DNA of 64,000 nucleotides. It comes from an uncultured Ruminococcus sp. Lineage in GTDB: Bacteria; Bacillota; Clostridia; Oscillospirales; Ruminococcaceae. The stretch covers positions 808 through 64,807 of the forward strand of contig CALGTV010000038.1 of NCBI GenBank assembly GCA_937902395.1. Reading direction: 5' to 3'. The notes under the pieces were generated by a model that saw only the letters and a list, made by a program, of their open reading frames with translations, did no database searches and was not told the origin of the DNA. The translations under genes and the position numbers were made by a program. Shown here in pieces: positions 28,491 to 38,310 of this stretch; position 1 is the stretch's first letter; each line of letters opens with the position of its first letter.

Positions 28491-28805
28491 ATGGCTGAAA
28501 TTACAATTACTAAAGAAAATTTTGACGATGAAGTCCGCAACTATAAAGGAGTTGTGCTCCTTGACCTGTGGGCAAGCTGGTGCGGTCCTTGCATGATGAT
28601 TGCCCCTGCTGTTGCGGAAATTGCAGAGGAAATGGCTGGAAAAGTCAAAGTAGGCAAGATAAACGTTGATGAACAGCCTGAACTTGCCGCCGCTTTCAGC
28701 TGTGAAAGTATTCCAATGCTTGTAGCTGTAAAGGACGGCGCGATTCATAATATATCTGTAGGCTACAAGGAAAAAGACGATATTCTTAAAATGTTGAATA
28801 TCTGA
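28491..28805 (+). CDS. trxA: Thioredoxin
   Basis: WASWCGPC, K+NVDE, SIP; start refined to ATG 28491. Confidence 0.95.
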   Translation: MAEITITKENFDDEVRNYKGVVLLDLWASWCGPCMMIAPAVAEIAEEMAGKVKVGKINVDEQPELAAAFSCESIPMLVAVKDGAIHNISVGYKEKDDILKMLNI

Positions 28806-28859
28806 CAAAAATGATTACACCTCCCAAAATAGTGCATACTATAAAGGGAGGTGATTTTT

Positions 28860-28955
28860 TTGATTAGTTTTATTGTAGGAAGCATGGTTGGCGGAACAAT
28901 CGGCGCTTTTGCTATGTGTATGTGTGCTGCTTCTAAACTCAGTGAAAAAGAATAG
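28860..28955 (+). CDS. 31-aa membrane peptide (DUF3789-like)
   Basis: Not in ORF track; GGGAGGTGA RBS, TTG start, MISFIVGSMVGGTIGAFAMCMCAASKLSEKE. Confidence 0.65.
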   Translation: MISFIVGSMVGGTIGAFAMCMCAASKLSEKE

Positions 28956-28996
28956 TGCGAAACAACTATATAGCCATTTCGCACCGTTTATCATTT

Positions 28997-30286
28997 TTAC
29001 TTTTCAGGAACTGCAATAATATCCTTGCGCATATAAGGTCTTAATGCCTCAGGAATTCTGATGCTTCCGTCCTCGTTGAGATTGTTTTCAAGGAATGCAA
29101 TCAACATTCTGGGAGGAGCTACAACTGTATTGTTAAGGGTGTGGGCAAAGTACTTGTTTCCGTCCTCGCCCTTAACACGTATTTTCAGACGGCGAGCCTG
29201 TGCATCTCCAAGATTTGAACAGCTTCCAACCTCGAAATACTTCTTCTGACGGGGTGACCATGCCTCAACGTCAATACTCTTAACTTTAAGGTCTGCAAGG
29301 TCTCCTGAACAGCACTCGAGAGTACGTACCGGAATATCAAGTGTGCGGAAGAATTCAACAGTATAGCTGTAAAGCTTGTGGAACCATTCCATTGACTCCT
29401 CAGGCTTGCAGACAACAATCATTTCCTGCTTTTCAAACTGGTGAATACGGTATACACCGCGCTCCTCAATACCGTGAGCTCCAACTTCCTTACGGAAACA
29501 TGGTGAATAACTTGTCAAAGTCTTAGGAAGTTCGGCTTCTGGAACGATTGTGTCGATAAATTTACCAATCATTGAGTGCTCAGATGTGCCGATGAGGTAT
29601 AAATCCTCACCCTCAATCTTGTACATCATGCCTTCCATTTCAGCAAAGCTCATAACTCCTGTAACAACATCGCTTCTTATCATGAATGGAGGGATATAAT
29701 ATGTGAATCCCTTGTCAATCATGAAGTCGCGTGCATAAGAAAGAATACAGCTCTGAAGCTGTGCAATGTCTCCGCAGAGGTAGTAGAAACCGTTTCCGCT
29801 TGTCTTTCTTGCGCTGTCGAGATCGATTCCGTTTACTTTTTCCATGATATCAACGTGGTAAGGCACCTCAAACTCAGGAACAAAAGGATCGCCAAAACGC
29901 TCAACCTCAACGTTTTCACTGTCATCCTTGCCTATCGGCACTGAATCGTCGATTATATTAGGGATAACAAGCATAATTTCGCGGATATCAGCTTCAAGTT
30001 TTACTTCAAGCTCTTCCATCTCTGTAAGCTTATTACCAAGCTCAGCAACCTCAGCCTTTGCAGCCTCAGCCTCGTCTTTCATGCCCTTAGCCATGAATCC
30101 GCCGATTTCCTTGCTCTTTACCTTGCGCTGATTGCGGAGATTATCACATTCAACCTTAGTTTTACGATACTGCTCGTCCAGCTCGATTACCTTATCAACC
30201 AGCTCAATCTTTGAATCCTGAAACTTTTTCTTAATATTTTCCTTTACAACATCAGGATTTGCTCTTAAAAATTTAATATCTATCAT
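28997..30286 (-). CDS. serS: Serine-tRNA ligase
   Basis: N-terminal coiled coil, GTSE, CFRKE.G, RIHQF.K.E, E..SCSN, HTLN. Confidence 0.97.
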   Translation of the reverse strand: MIDIKFLRANPDVVKENIKKKFQDSKIELVDKVIELDEQYRKTKVECDNLRNQRKVKSKEIGGFMAKGMKDEAEAAKAEVAELGNKLTEMEELEVKLEADIREIMLVIPNIIDDSVPIGKDDSENVEVERFGDPFVPEFEVPYHVDIMEKVNGIDLDSARKTSGNGFYYLCGDIAQLQSCILSYARDFMIDKGFTYYIPPFMIRSDVVTGVMSFAEMEGMMYKIEGEDLYLIGTSEHSMIGKFIDTIVPEAELPKTLTSYSPCFRKEVGAHGIEERGVYRIHQFEKQEMIVVCKPEESMEWFHKLYSYTVEFFRTLDIPVRTLECCSGDLADLKVKSIDVEAWSPRQKKYFEVGSCSNLGDAQARRLKIRVKGEDGNKYFAHTLNNTVVAPPRMLIAFLENNLNEDGSIRIPEALRPYMRKDIIAVPEK

Positions 30287-30297
30287 TTTTTTACTCC

Positions 30298-31146
30298 TTA
30301 CTCCTCGTCAACAAGTTTTTCTGCAATTGCTGCGAGGTCATCTTTATCATAAAATTCGAGAATCAGAACACCCTTGTTCTTGCCATAATCTACTTTAACC
30401 TTGCGTCCAAGGCGTTCTTTCAATGATATTTCCATTTCGGTAAAATAATTATCAATTTTTTTATCATCTGTTGGAGGGGTATGAATCTCAACTGTTGATT
30501 TTTGCGCAAGCTTTTCCACCTGACGGACAGTCATTCCGCCGTCTGCTGCTCTGTTAGCAATAGCAAGCATCATTTCTTCATCTTCAAAACCGAGTAAAGC
30601 CTTTGCATGACCTGACGATAATTCGCCATTTTCAAGCATTTTCAGCACTCTTTGCGGAAGTGAAAGCAGACGTACTGCATTTGCAACTGCTGAACGGGAT
30701 TTTCCAACCATTTTTCCCACTTGTTCCTGCGTCATGCCGTAATTTTCAATAAGCTCATTGTATCCGGCGGCTTCTTCGACGGGATTTAGATTTTCTCGCT
30801 GGAGATTCTCGATAATAGCAATTTGCATAGTCTCAACATCGGAAAGCTCCTTAATATTTACAGGAACTTCGTCAAGTCCAAGCATACGCGCTGCTCGCCA
30901 CCTGCGCTCACCGGCAACAATCTGATATCCGCCTGATTCCATTGGTCGTACAAGAATTGGCTGTAAAATTCCGTGCTCACGAATAGAATCCGCAAGGGTT
31001 GAAATGGATTCTGTAGAAAAATGCTTACGGGGCTGGTCACGATTTGGCTCAATTTCAGAAGTACGCAAAGTCGTTTTAATCTGCACATCACTTGCATTTT
31101 CGCTGAATAGAGAATCAAGACCTGCGCCTAATCCGCCAATTGCCAT
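30298..31146 (-). CDS. parB: Chromosome partitioning protein ParB/Spo0J
   Basis: PNRDQPRK, GILQP, VAGERRWRA, ENLQRENL, HTH. Confidence 0.96.
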   Translation of the reverse strand: MAIGGLGAGLDSLFSENASDVQIKTTLRTSEIEPNRDQPRKHFSTESISTLADSIREHGILQPILVRPMESGGYQIVAGERRWRAARMLGLDEVPVNIKELSDVETMQIAIIENLQRENLNPVEEAAGYNELIENYGMTQEQVGKMVGKSRSAVANAVRLLSLPQRVLKMLENGELSSGHAKALLGFEDEEMMLAIANRAADGGMTVRQVEKLAQKSTVEIHTPPTDDKKIDNYFTEMEISLKERLGRKVKVDYGKNKGVLILEFYDKDDLAAIAEKLVDEE

Positions 31147-31151
31147 AAAAA

Positions 31152-31970
31152 TCACTGCCTTTCCTTTTTAAAATTGAAGATTCCTCGTCTTTTTTTCTGC
31201 GGCAGTTCCATTGGCTCACCCAATAATTCCAAACCTAACAGCGTATATGAATCTGTACCCTTTGAGGATTTATCATAGTACATAACAGGCTTACCATGGC
31301 TTGGAGCCTCAGAAATTCGCACATTTCTGGGAATTTTTGTCTTAAAGACTTTGTTCGGAAAGTATTTTTCAACCTCTGCCACAACATCGTTAGCAACATT
31401 TAATCTGCCGTCAAACATTGTGAACAGGATTCCCTCAATATCAAGAGAAGGATTATAGTTGCTTTTTACAATTTTTATTGTATTTACAAGCTGAGAAAGT
31501 CCCTCTAAAGCGTAAAATTCAGCAAGCATAGGCACAATTATGCTATCACTTGCAACAAGAGCATTAATTGTAAGCGAACCAAGAGCAGGCGGGCAATCGA
31601 TAAAAATAAAATCATAGTAATCTTTAATTGTCAGAAGCTGCATTTTAAGCCTATTAACTCGATTTTCCATGTTAATCAGTTCCAATTCAGCACCTGCAAG
31701 ACTTTCAGTCGCTGGAATTACTGAAACATTATCGAATTCGGTTTGAATTATAGCATCCTGAGCACGATTTTTACCGATAATTACATTATATGAAGTAATT
31801 TCTACACCGCGTTTTTTTATTCCAAAGCCTGTAGTCGCGTTACCTTGAGGATCAAAATCGATACAGAGCACTTTTTTTCCACGGGAACCAAGAAATGCGG
31901 CAAGATTTACAACAGTTGTTGACTTGCCTACGCCGCCCTTTTGATTGGCAACGGCAATTATTTTGCCCAT
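31152..31970 (-). CDS. parA: ParA/Soj ATPase
   Basis: NQKGGVGKST, DPQGNAT, DCPP, E.YALEG, IPRN.R.SEAPS.G. Confidence 0.97.
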   Translation of the reverse strand: MGKIIAVANQKGGVGKSTTVVNLAAFLGSRGKKVLCIDFDPQGNATTGFGIKKRGVEITSYNVIIGKNRAQDAIIQTEFDNVSVIPATESLAGAELELINMENRVNRLKMQLLTIKDYYDFIFIDCPPALGSLTINALVASDSIIVPMLAEFYALEGLSQLVNTIKIVKSNYNPSLDIEGILFTMFDGRLNVANDVVAEVEKYFPNKVFKTKIPRNVRISEAPSHGKPVMYYDKSSKGTDSYTLLGLELLGEPMELPQKKRRGIFNFKKERQ

Positions 31971-32089
31971 AGAATCATCCTTTCTTTTTGGATATCCGCA
32001 ATAAATTACGGTTGTCTTAGAATATTATACCACATTATGCAAGAAAAGTAAATACACAAAAGGTATATTTTTAAGATTTTTTCAAAAAA

Positions 32090-32197
32090 TGTTCCACATG
32101 AAACTTTTTTCAGTGTTTCACGTGGAACATTTTAAAATCTGAACTGAATTGTTTCACGTGGAACACTTTAATGATATTTAATGTTCCACGTGAAACA
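32090..32197. promoter_or_regulatory. Cluster of four parS sites
   Basis: TGTTCCACATGAAACT 32090, TGTTTCACGTGGAACA 32114 and 32150, TGTTCCACGTGAAACA 32182. Confidence 0.9.
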
Positions 32198-33013
32198 TTA
32201 AACTGTTTTCATAGGAATTCTTACTCTATACTCTACATATTCCTCCCCTTGAAGTTTTTTGGTTTCTGCTTTAATTCCTGACGTTCGCATAGATTCAACA
32301 GCTTTATTAATTGTAGATAAAAACATAGAAATATTTTGTATCCTCTGAGTTTTATTTTGAATGAGTTGTCCATTTTTTCGCTTTCCAATGTAGTTTTCAA
32401 TAAATATCTCTGTTTTTTCCACATTTAAGTTGTTGTCAATAACTTTGTTAAGAACAAAAATTCTATCCTCAACACTACCAAAACGAAGCAGTGCACGTGC
32501 ATGACGCTCTGTAAGGTTATTTTTTATAATTATGTCTCTTTCCGATTCGCTTAGCCGAAGAAGTCTAAGCTTATTAGCGATTGTACTTTGTGCCTTTCCG
32601 AGCTTTGCAGCAGCTTCCTCCTGAGTAAAACCATAATCCTTCAAAAGATTTTCAATAGCACACGCTTCTTCAAAAAATGATAAGTTATGGTTACGAATAT
32701 GTTCAACTAAAGCATCAATTGCAGAATCCCTGTCGTTTATTTCGTACACTACACATGGAATTGACTGCATTTCACACATTTTAGCAGCAAAATATTGTTT
32801 TTCTCCTGTAATCAGCTCAAAATTTGTACCAATTTTTTTTACAGAAAGAGGCTGAATACCACAATTTTCAGAATATGATTGTGCAAGAGTTGCAACATCA
32901 TTCTGACTAAAATCCACTTTTCGATGCGTAGAGTTGAAAAAAATCTTTCCAATCTCTACATCAACAATTTTTTTCTGCTCTGTCTCCATTGATAAATTAA
33001 CGATACCTGCCAT
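32198..33013 (-). CDS. noc: Noc-like ParB paralog (nucleoid occlusion family)
   Basis: Syntenic between rsmG and parA; LSFFEEA.A..L..TQEE.A..LGK.QSTIANKLRLL, TERHARALL, NV..TE. Confidence 0.8.
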   Translation of the reverse strand: MAGIVNLSMETEQKKIVDVEIGKIFFNSTHRKVDFSQNDVATLAQSYSENCGIQPLSVKKIGTNFELITGEKQYFAAKMCEMQSIPCVVYEINDRDSAIDALVEHIRNHNLSFFEEACAIENLLKDYGFTQEEAAAKLGKAQSTIANKLRLLRLSESERDIIIKNNLTERHARALLRFGSVEDRIFVLNKVIDNNLNVEKTEIFIENYIGKRKNGQLIQNKTQRIQNISMFLSTINKAVESMRTSGIKAETKKLQGEEYVEYRVRIPMKTV

Positions 33014-33149
33014 TTTATTGTCCTCACATTTCTTTATTTACACCTTTAAGGTGCTAAAGTAATTTTATCATATATGGGAAATAAAATCTATAAAAAAATT
33101 CCGCTAATTTTCGACAAATCAACGGAATTTACGATGAAATTATATATTA

Positions 33150-33854
33150 TTAAAGACTTTTTTTCTTAATTTGACTGCTATTTCTGGGATACTTTGTCGG
33201 TGTATGCGATATTTTTTTAATTTCGACAATTATTCTTGCATCATTTTCAAGTGAATAACTGTGAACTGCTCCAATGTTACCACCAAGAAGTTCAATAGCA
33301 TTATTTGAATCGGAAGGATGCTCATTTGGTCCTTTCATGGATATAAAACTGCCTCCAACTTTCACGAACGGAATGCAATACTCAGAAAGAACAGAAAGAT
33401 TTGCAACAGCTCTGGCACATGAAAAATCAAATTTTTCTCTGTATTCAGGCATTTTTGCAATATCTTCTGCTCGACCGTGAATACATTCAACATCAATCTC
33501 TATTATGTCAGAAAGTTGATGAAGAAAAGTAATTCTTTTTGCAAGACTATCAAGAAGCGTAAGGTTTATATCAGGACGCATAATTTTAAGCGGTACGGAA
33601 GGAAAGCCTGCCCCAGTTCCAACATCAATAATCGACGAATTATTCGGTATATCGACATATTTGAGAATTAAGCAACTATCTATAAAATGTTTTATTAAGA
33701 TTTCTTTCGGTTCAGTTATTGCAGTAAGATTTACATTTTCATTATATTTTACAAGAAAGTCGGCATACTTATCAAATTTATCGTATTTTTCCTTAGTCAA
33801 CTCCAGAGCGTATTTATCAAATTCAGAGCAACATAATTCAAAATTTGGCAGCAT
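33150..33854 (-). CDS. rsmG: 16S rRNA m7G527 methyltransferase
   Basis: NLTAI, KHF.DS, DVGTGAGFP, RAVA, TP.KYPR. Confidence 0.97.
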   Translation of the reverse strand: MLPNFELCCSEFDKYALELTKEKYDKFDKYADFLVKYNENVNLTAITEPKEILIKHFIDSCLILKYVDIPNNSSIIDVGTGAGFPSVPLKIMRPDINLTLLDSLAKRITFLHQLSDIIEIDVECIHGRAEDIAKMPEYREKFDFSCARAVANLSVLSEYCIPFVKVGGSFISMKGPNEHPSDSNNAIELLGGNIGAVHSYSLENDARIIVEIKKISHTPTKYPRNSSQIKKKSL

Positions 33855-33858
33855 ACAT

Positions 33859-35733
33859 TCACCCCTGTTCCTTTTTCAGCCATACGATAAGCATTGACAC
33901 ATCAGCAGGAGAAACACCAGATATTCTGGATGCCTGACCAATCGATACTGGTTTTACCTTATTAAGCTTCTCTGCGGCTTCAAGTCTTAATCCGTGAATT
34001 TGGCTATAATCCGTGTTTTCAGGCAGCAACTTCTTTTCAAGCTTTTGAGCTTGTTCAATTTGAGCCAACTGCTTCTCAATATATCCCTTATACTTAATCT
34101 GCAATTCTACTTGTTCACATACATCACATGGAAGCTTTGGACGATTTATATCAAAAGCAGCAAGATCGTTATATTTTAACTGAGGACGACGAATCAAATC
34201 AATGATTTTACAACCATTTTTAATTTGAGCAGTTCCTTTTTCCTCAAGCATTGAATTTAACTCATCTGTTGGCTTAATTGTTTCACGTGAAACACGTTGA
34301 ATTTCCTGATCTGTAAGTCTTATTTTTTCATGTAACTTATCAAGTCTTTCCTGAGATACAAGACCTATTTTGTAACCTATAGGAATTAATCGCTGATCAG
34401 CATTATCCTGTCGTAAAATTAAACGATATTCACTTCGCGAGGTCATCATACGGTATGGATCAGAGCATCCTTTTGTAACAAGGTCATCAACAAGAGTTCC
34501 GATATAAGAGCCTGACCTCTCTAAAATCATAGGCTCTCTGCCGAGAATTGACATTGCGGCATTTACACCTGCAACAAGTCCTTGTGCAGCAGCCTCCTCA
34601 TATCCTGAACTTCCATTGAATTGACCAGCACCATACAATCCACGTAATTTTTTAAATTCAAGTGTCGGCAATAACTGTAATGGGTCACAACAATCATACT
34701 CGATAGCATATGCAGGTCGCATAATCTCTATATTTTCCAATCCCTTAATTGTACGTAAAAATGCAAGCTGTACATCTTCGGGCAATGATGATGACATTCC
34801 CTGTAAATAAAACTCGTCTGTTGATAATCCCATTGGTTCAACAAAAAGCTGATGTCTTGGCTTGTCAGAGAATCTCACAATTTTGTCCTCGATTGACGGA
34901 CAGTATCGAGGTCCTACACCCTCAATTCTACCACTATATAATGGTGACCTGTCAAGATTAGAAAGTATTACTTCATGGGTATTACTATTTGTATAGGTAA
35001 CATAACAGCTAACCTGATTCTTTAAGTTTTCAACAGGAGTTTCAAAAGATAGTGGAATAATCTCCTCGTCACCATCCTGCTTCTCCATTACTGAAAAATC
35101 GATGCTTCTTCTGTGAACACGACAGGGCGTACCTGTTTTGAAACGTCGCAATTCAATTCCATTATCAATCAAGCTTTGAGAAAGACCAATGCTTGGCAAT
35201 GCGGCATCAGGACCACTTTCATATGAAGATTCGCCGATATGAATCTTGCCTTTAAGATAAGTTCCTGTTGCAATAATAACACATTTTGCGGAGTATTCGG
35301 CCCCAAGAGATGTAACAACACCCTTTATACAGCCATTTTCGGTCAAAATCTCTGATACTTCACCCTGTTTCACAAAAAGATTTTCCTGATTTTCGCAGAC
35401 CTGTTTCATATAATTATGATACAGAACTCTGTCCGCTTGTACTCTCAAACTGTGCACCGCAGGGCCTTTTCCGCGATTAAGCATACGGCTCTGAATAAAG
35501 CATTTATCCGCAGCCTTGCCCATTTCACCGCCGAGAGCATCGATTTCCCTTACAAGATGTCCTTTTGCTGTGCCGCCAATTGACGGATTACAGGGCATAT
35601 TTGCGATCTGGTCAAGGGAAATTGTAAACATTGCAGTTTTTACACCAAGTCGCGCGGAGGCAAGAGCCGCTTCAACACCTGCGTGACCACCGCCCACAAC
35701 TATAACATCAAATTCACCCATTTTATATGACAT
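33859..35733 (-). CDS. mnmG: tRNA uridine 5-carboxymethylaminomethyl modification enzyme
   Basis: [38 protein letters not shown]. Confidence 0.98.
   Translation of the reverse strand: MSYKMGEFDVIVVGGGHAGVEAALASARLGVKTAMFTISLDQIANMPCNPSIGGTAKGHLVREIDALGGEMGKAADKCFIQSRMLNRGKGPAVHSLRVQADRVLYHNYMKQVCENQENLFVKQGEVSEILTENGCIKGVVTSLGAEYSAKCVIIATGTYLKGKIHIGESSYESGPDAALPSIGLSQSLIDNGIELRRFKTGTPCRVHRRSIDFSVMEKQDGDEEIIPLSFETPVENLKNQVSCYVTYTNSNTHEVILSNLDRSPLYSGRIEGVGPRYCPSIEDKIVRFSDKPRHQLFVEPMGLSTDEFYLQGMSSSLPEDVQLAFLRTIKGLENIEIMRPAYAIEYDCCDPLQLLPTLEFKKLRGLYGAGQFNGSSGYEEAAAQGLVAGVNAAMSILGREPMILERSGSYIGTLVDDLVTKGCSDPYRMMTSRSEYRLILRQDNADQRLIPIGYKIGLVSQERLDKLHEKIRLTDQEIQRVSRETIKPTDELNSMLEEKGTAQIKNGCKIIDLIRRPQLKYNDLAAFDINRPKLPCDVCEQVELQIKYKGYIEKQLAQIEQAQKLEKKLLPENTDYSQIHGLRLEAAEKLNKVKPVSIGQASRISGVSPADVSMLIVWLKKEQG
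34279..34294. promoter_or_regulatory. parS site inside mnmG
   Basis: Perfect palindrome TGTTTCACGTGAAACA. Confidence 0.85.
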
Positions 35734-35750
35734 AAAACTACCTCTTTAAA

Positions 35751-35766
35751 TGTTCCACGTGAAACA
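35751..35766. promoter_or_regulatory. parS site between mnmE and mnmG
   Basis: TGTTCCACGTGAAACA. Confidence 0.9.
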
Positions 35767-35769
35767 TTC

Positions 35770-37131
35770 TTACTTTCCTACACAGAATCGAGAGAAAACC
35801 TCATCGACAACTGCATCAGTAATCCGTTCTCCTGTAAGCTCCAATAAATTCTGCTCCGCCTCATCAACTAAAACATTTACAGCGTCAAGCATTTCGCCGA
35901 AATTAATTGCATCTATAGCGTTTCCAACAGATTCTACCGCTTTTTCAATGCATAACTTCTGTCTTTCATTTGCGGCGGTTACTGATGAGAAACTATCAGA
36001 ATTAATCTCAAAAATACTCTTGACGGCATTTTCAAGGTCATTGATTCCCTGATTTTCCTTAGCGGAAATATATACAATATGTAAAAAATATTCTTTCAAG
36101 CATTGTTCATCGATAACCAATTTTTCGTCGGATTTATTGATAACAGCAATGCATTTTTTATGTTTAATTTTATTAATCAATTCAAAATCGTCCGCAGTCA
36201 ATGGACAGCTACCGTCAAATACAGCCAGCACAAGCTCAGAGGAATCAACTGTTTTCCATGCAATACCCACACCGATTCCCTCGATAATATCATCTGTCTC
36301 ACGGATTCCTGCTGTATCAGAAAGACATAGTGTTATATCACCCAAACGCACAGATTCCTCAACAACGTCACGGGTTGTGCCTGCAATATCTGTAACAATA
36401 CTTCTTTCACAGCCACTGAGACAATTAAAAAGCGTAGATTTTCCGACATTTGGCCTGCCAACAATGGCAGTAGAAACACCCTCGCGGACAATTCTTCCAC
36501 GGTCGTAATCGGCGGTAAGAACTGATAAATCATTGCGCACAACTTCAAGCTCCGATAAAATAGCCTCAGGTTCGACTTCGGGAATATCCTCATCGGGATA
36601 ATCAGTCCATGCCGCAAGTCCGCTGAGAAGCTTCAAAAGGCGATTGGAACACTTTTTAGCAGCCTTGAAAACAGCTCCCTCACGAAGATTTTCAGCCATT
36701 TTCAACTCCAATTCACCCTTAGCGGAAATAACATCCATAACCGCTTCTGCCTGCGTTAAATCAAGCTTACCGTTGAGAAATGCACGTTTTGTAAACTCGC
36801 CCGCATCCGCAGTAACAGCGCCATTTTTTAAGGCGGCACGAAGAATTTTCCTTGAAACAAAAAGTCCGCCGTGACAGGAAATCTCCACGGTATCCTCACC
36901 TGTATAGCTGTGAGGAGCTCGAAAAACTGTAAGTATACAGTCATCAATCCGCTGTCCATTGTCATGAGCAATACCATATGCACAGGTATACCCAGCCATA
37001 TTATCAATATTTTTATCTCCGAAAGGAGTAAAAATCTCCTTTGCAACAGAAAGGGCATTTTCGCCGGAAATACGAATTACAGCGATTCCCCCAACTGCAT
37101 TGGGAGTTGAAATAGCAGCAATAGTAGACAT
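35770..37131 (-). CDS. mnmE: tRNA modification GTPase
   Basis: TIAAIST, GRPNVGKS, GTTRD, DTAG, NKSD, FCVGK end. Confidence 0.98.
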   Translation of the reverse strand: MSTIAAISTPNAVGGIAVIRISGENALSVAKEIFTPFGDKNIDNMAGYTCAYGIAHDNGQRIDDCILTVFRAPHSYTGEDTVEISCHGGLFVSRKILRAALKNGAVTADAGEFTKRAFLNGKLDLTQAEAVMDVISAKGELELKMAENLREGAVFKAAKKCSNRLLKLLSGLAAWTDYPDEDIPEVEPEAILSELEVVRNDLSVLTADYDRGRIVREGVSTAIVGRPNVGKSTLFNCLSGCERSIVTDIAGTTRDVVEESVRLGDITLCLSDTAGIRETDDIIEGIGVGIAWKTVDSSELVLAVFDGSCPLTADDFELINKIKHKKCIAVINKSDEKLVIDEQCLKEYFLHIVYISAKENQGINDLENAVKSIFEINSDSFSSVTAANERQKLCIEKAVESVGNAIDAINFGEMLDAVNVLVDEAEQNLLELTGERITDAVVDEVFSRFCVGK

Positions 37132-37185
37132 AATTTTCTCCATAAAGGGCTGTCACAAGTCAACCTGCAACAGCCCTTTTCTTAA

Positions 37186-38292
37186 TTAAAATTCAATTTT
37201 TCCGTAAAGTCCGCCTTCCATGGAATCCTCTGGCTTTGGCTTTTTGTAATCCTTTTCAAAAGATGTTGAAAGGTCAATTGCCTTTGCCTCGAAATTCTCA
37301 CGACGGCGGTCACGTCCGCCCTGTCTGCCGCGTCTGTCATCACGGCGAGGACCTCTGCCTCTGCCGTTATTGCGGTTATTTCTGGGATTTGTAGAAGAAA
37401 TAATAATCTTTCTGTAAGGCTCCTCACCAACAGAACGTGAAGCAACGCCCTCAATATTTGCAACAGCAGAGTGAATAACGCGTCTTTCATAAGGATTCAT
37501 AGGCTCAAGCTGCTGTGAACGACCCGTTCTGATTACAGACTTTGCAACCTTAGCGGCAAGCTGTTCAAGAGTTTCCTTTCTCTTGCTTCTGTATCCGAGA
37601 CAATCAATTGTGATGCGGAAATAATCCTTATCGCCTTTGTTAGCAATAATTGAACAGAGGTACTGGAGAGAATCGAGAGTTTCTCCGCGTCTGCCAATGA
37701 TTGTACCATTGTTATCACTTTCAATATTGATAACAGCACCTGTTTCGTTCTGGTATACAACAAAGTTTGCATCGATATCCATAGCCTTAAAAATGCTGAT
37801 GATGTAATCTCTTGCAATTTTAACCTTAGGATTCATAAGAGCCTCGTCCTCGATGAGAGTAAAATCATCAAGAGAGAATTCCATATCATCTTCCTTAGTT
37901 TCAGGAGCTTTTTCCTCAGCAACAGGCTCTTCAACGGGAGCTGCTTCAACTACAGGAGCAGTTTCAACAACTTCGTCGGGAACAACAACAGGCTCTTCTT
38001 CAACAACAGCCTCGGGAACTTCTACAATTTCAGGTGTTTTCACAGGCGCAGGTGCTTCTACAACTTTAGGAGCTTCAACGGGCTTTGCAGGTGCGGCAGC
38101 CTTAGCCTCGGGCTTTTTTACCTCATCAGCGCAAGTAGCCTTAATCTTTGCATCAACAGCACCAAGTCCTAAAAATCCTTTTTTACCTTCGCTGATTACT
38201 TCAAATTTAATTTCGCTTTCTTTTTTTCCGAATTTCTTAACCGCCATAGCCTTAGCTTCTTCTACGGTTTTCGCGGTAAACATCTCTGTCAT
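37186..38292 (-). CDS. jag: Jag/EloR/KhpB RNA-binding protein
   Basis: Jag_N (KTVEEA..KKGFLG), P/A/V/E-rich linker, KH (IGRRGETL), R3H (MNPYERRVIH). Confidence 0.93.
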   Translation of the reverse strand: MTEMFTAKTVEEAKAMAVKKFGKKESEIKFEVISEGKKGFLGLGAVDAKIKATCADEVKKPEAKAAAPAKPVEAPKVVEAPAPVKTPEIVEVPEAVVEEEPVVVPDEVVETAPVVEAAPVEEPVAEEKAPETKEDDMEFSLDDFTLIEDEALMNPKVKIARDYIISIFKAMDIDANFVVYQNETGAVINIESDNNGTIIGRRGETLDSLQYLCSIIANKGDKDYFRITIDCLGYRSKRKETLEQLAAKVAKSVIRTGRSQQLEPMNPYERRVIHSAVANIEGVASRSVGEEPYRKIIISSTNPRNNRNNGRGRGPRRDDRRGRQGGRDRRRENFEAKAIDLSTSFEKDYKKPKPEDSMEGGLYGKIEF

Positions 38293-38310
38293 TTCAATAC
38301 CTCCTTAAAA

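Noticed and set aside
30287..30297. T-box leader for serS
   Set aside because: Only 11 nt separate parB and serS, leaving no room for a leader.
32090..32197. CRISPR-like or iteron repeats
   Set aside because: The 16-bp palindromes match the parS consensus and lie next to parAB.
37860..38120. Repeat element inside jag
   Set aside because: It encodes a low-complexity Pro/Ala/Val/Glu linker typical of Jag/EloR proteins.
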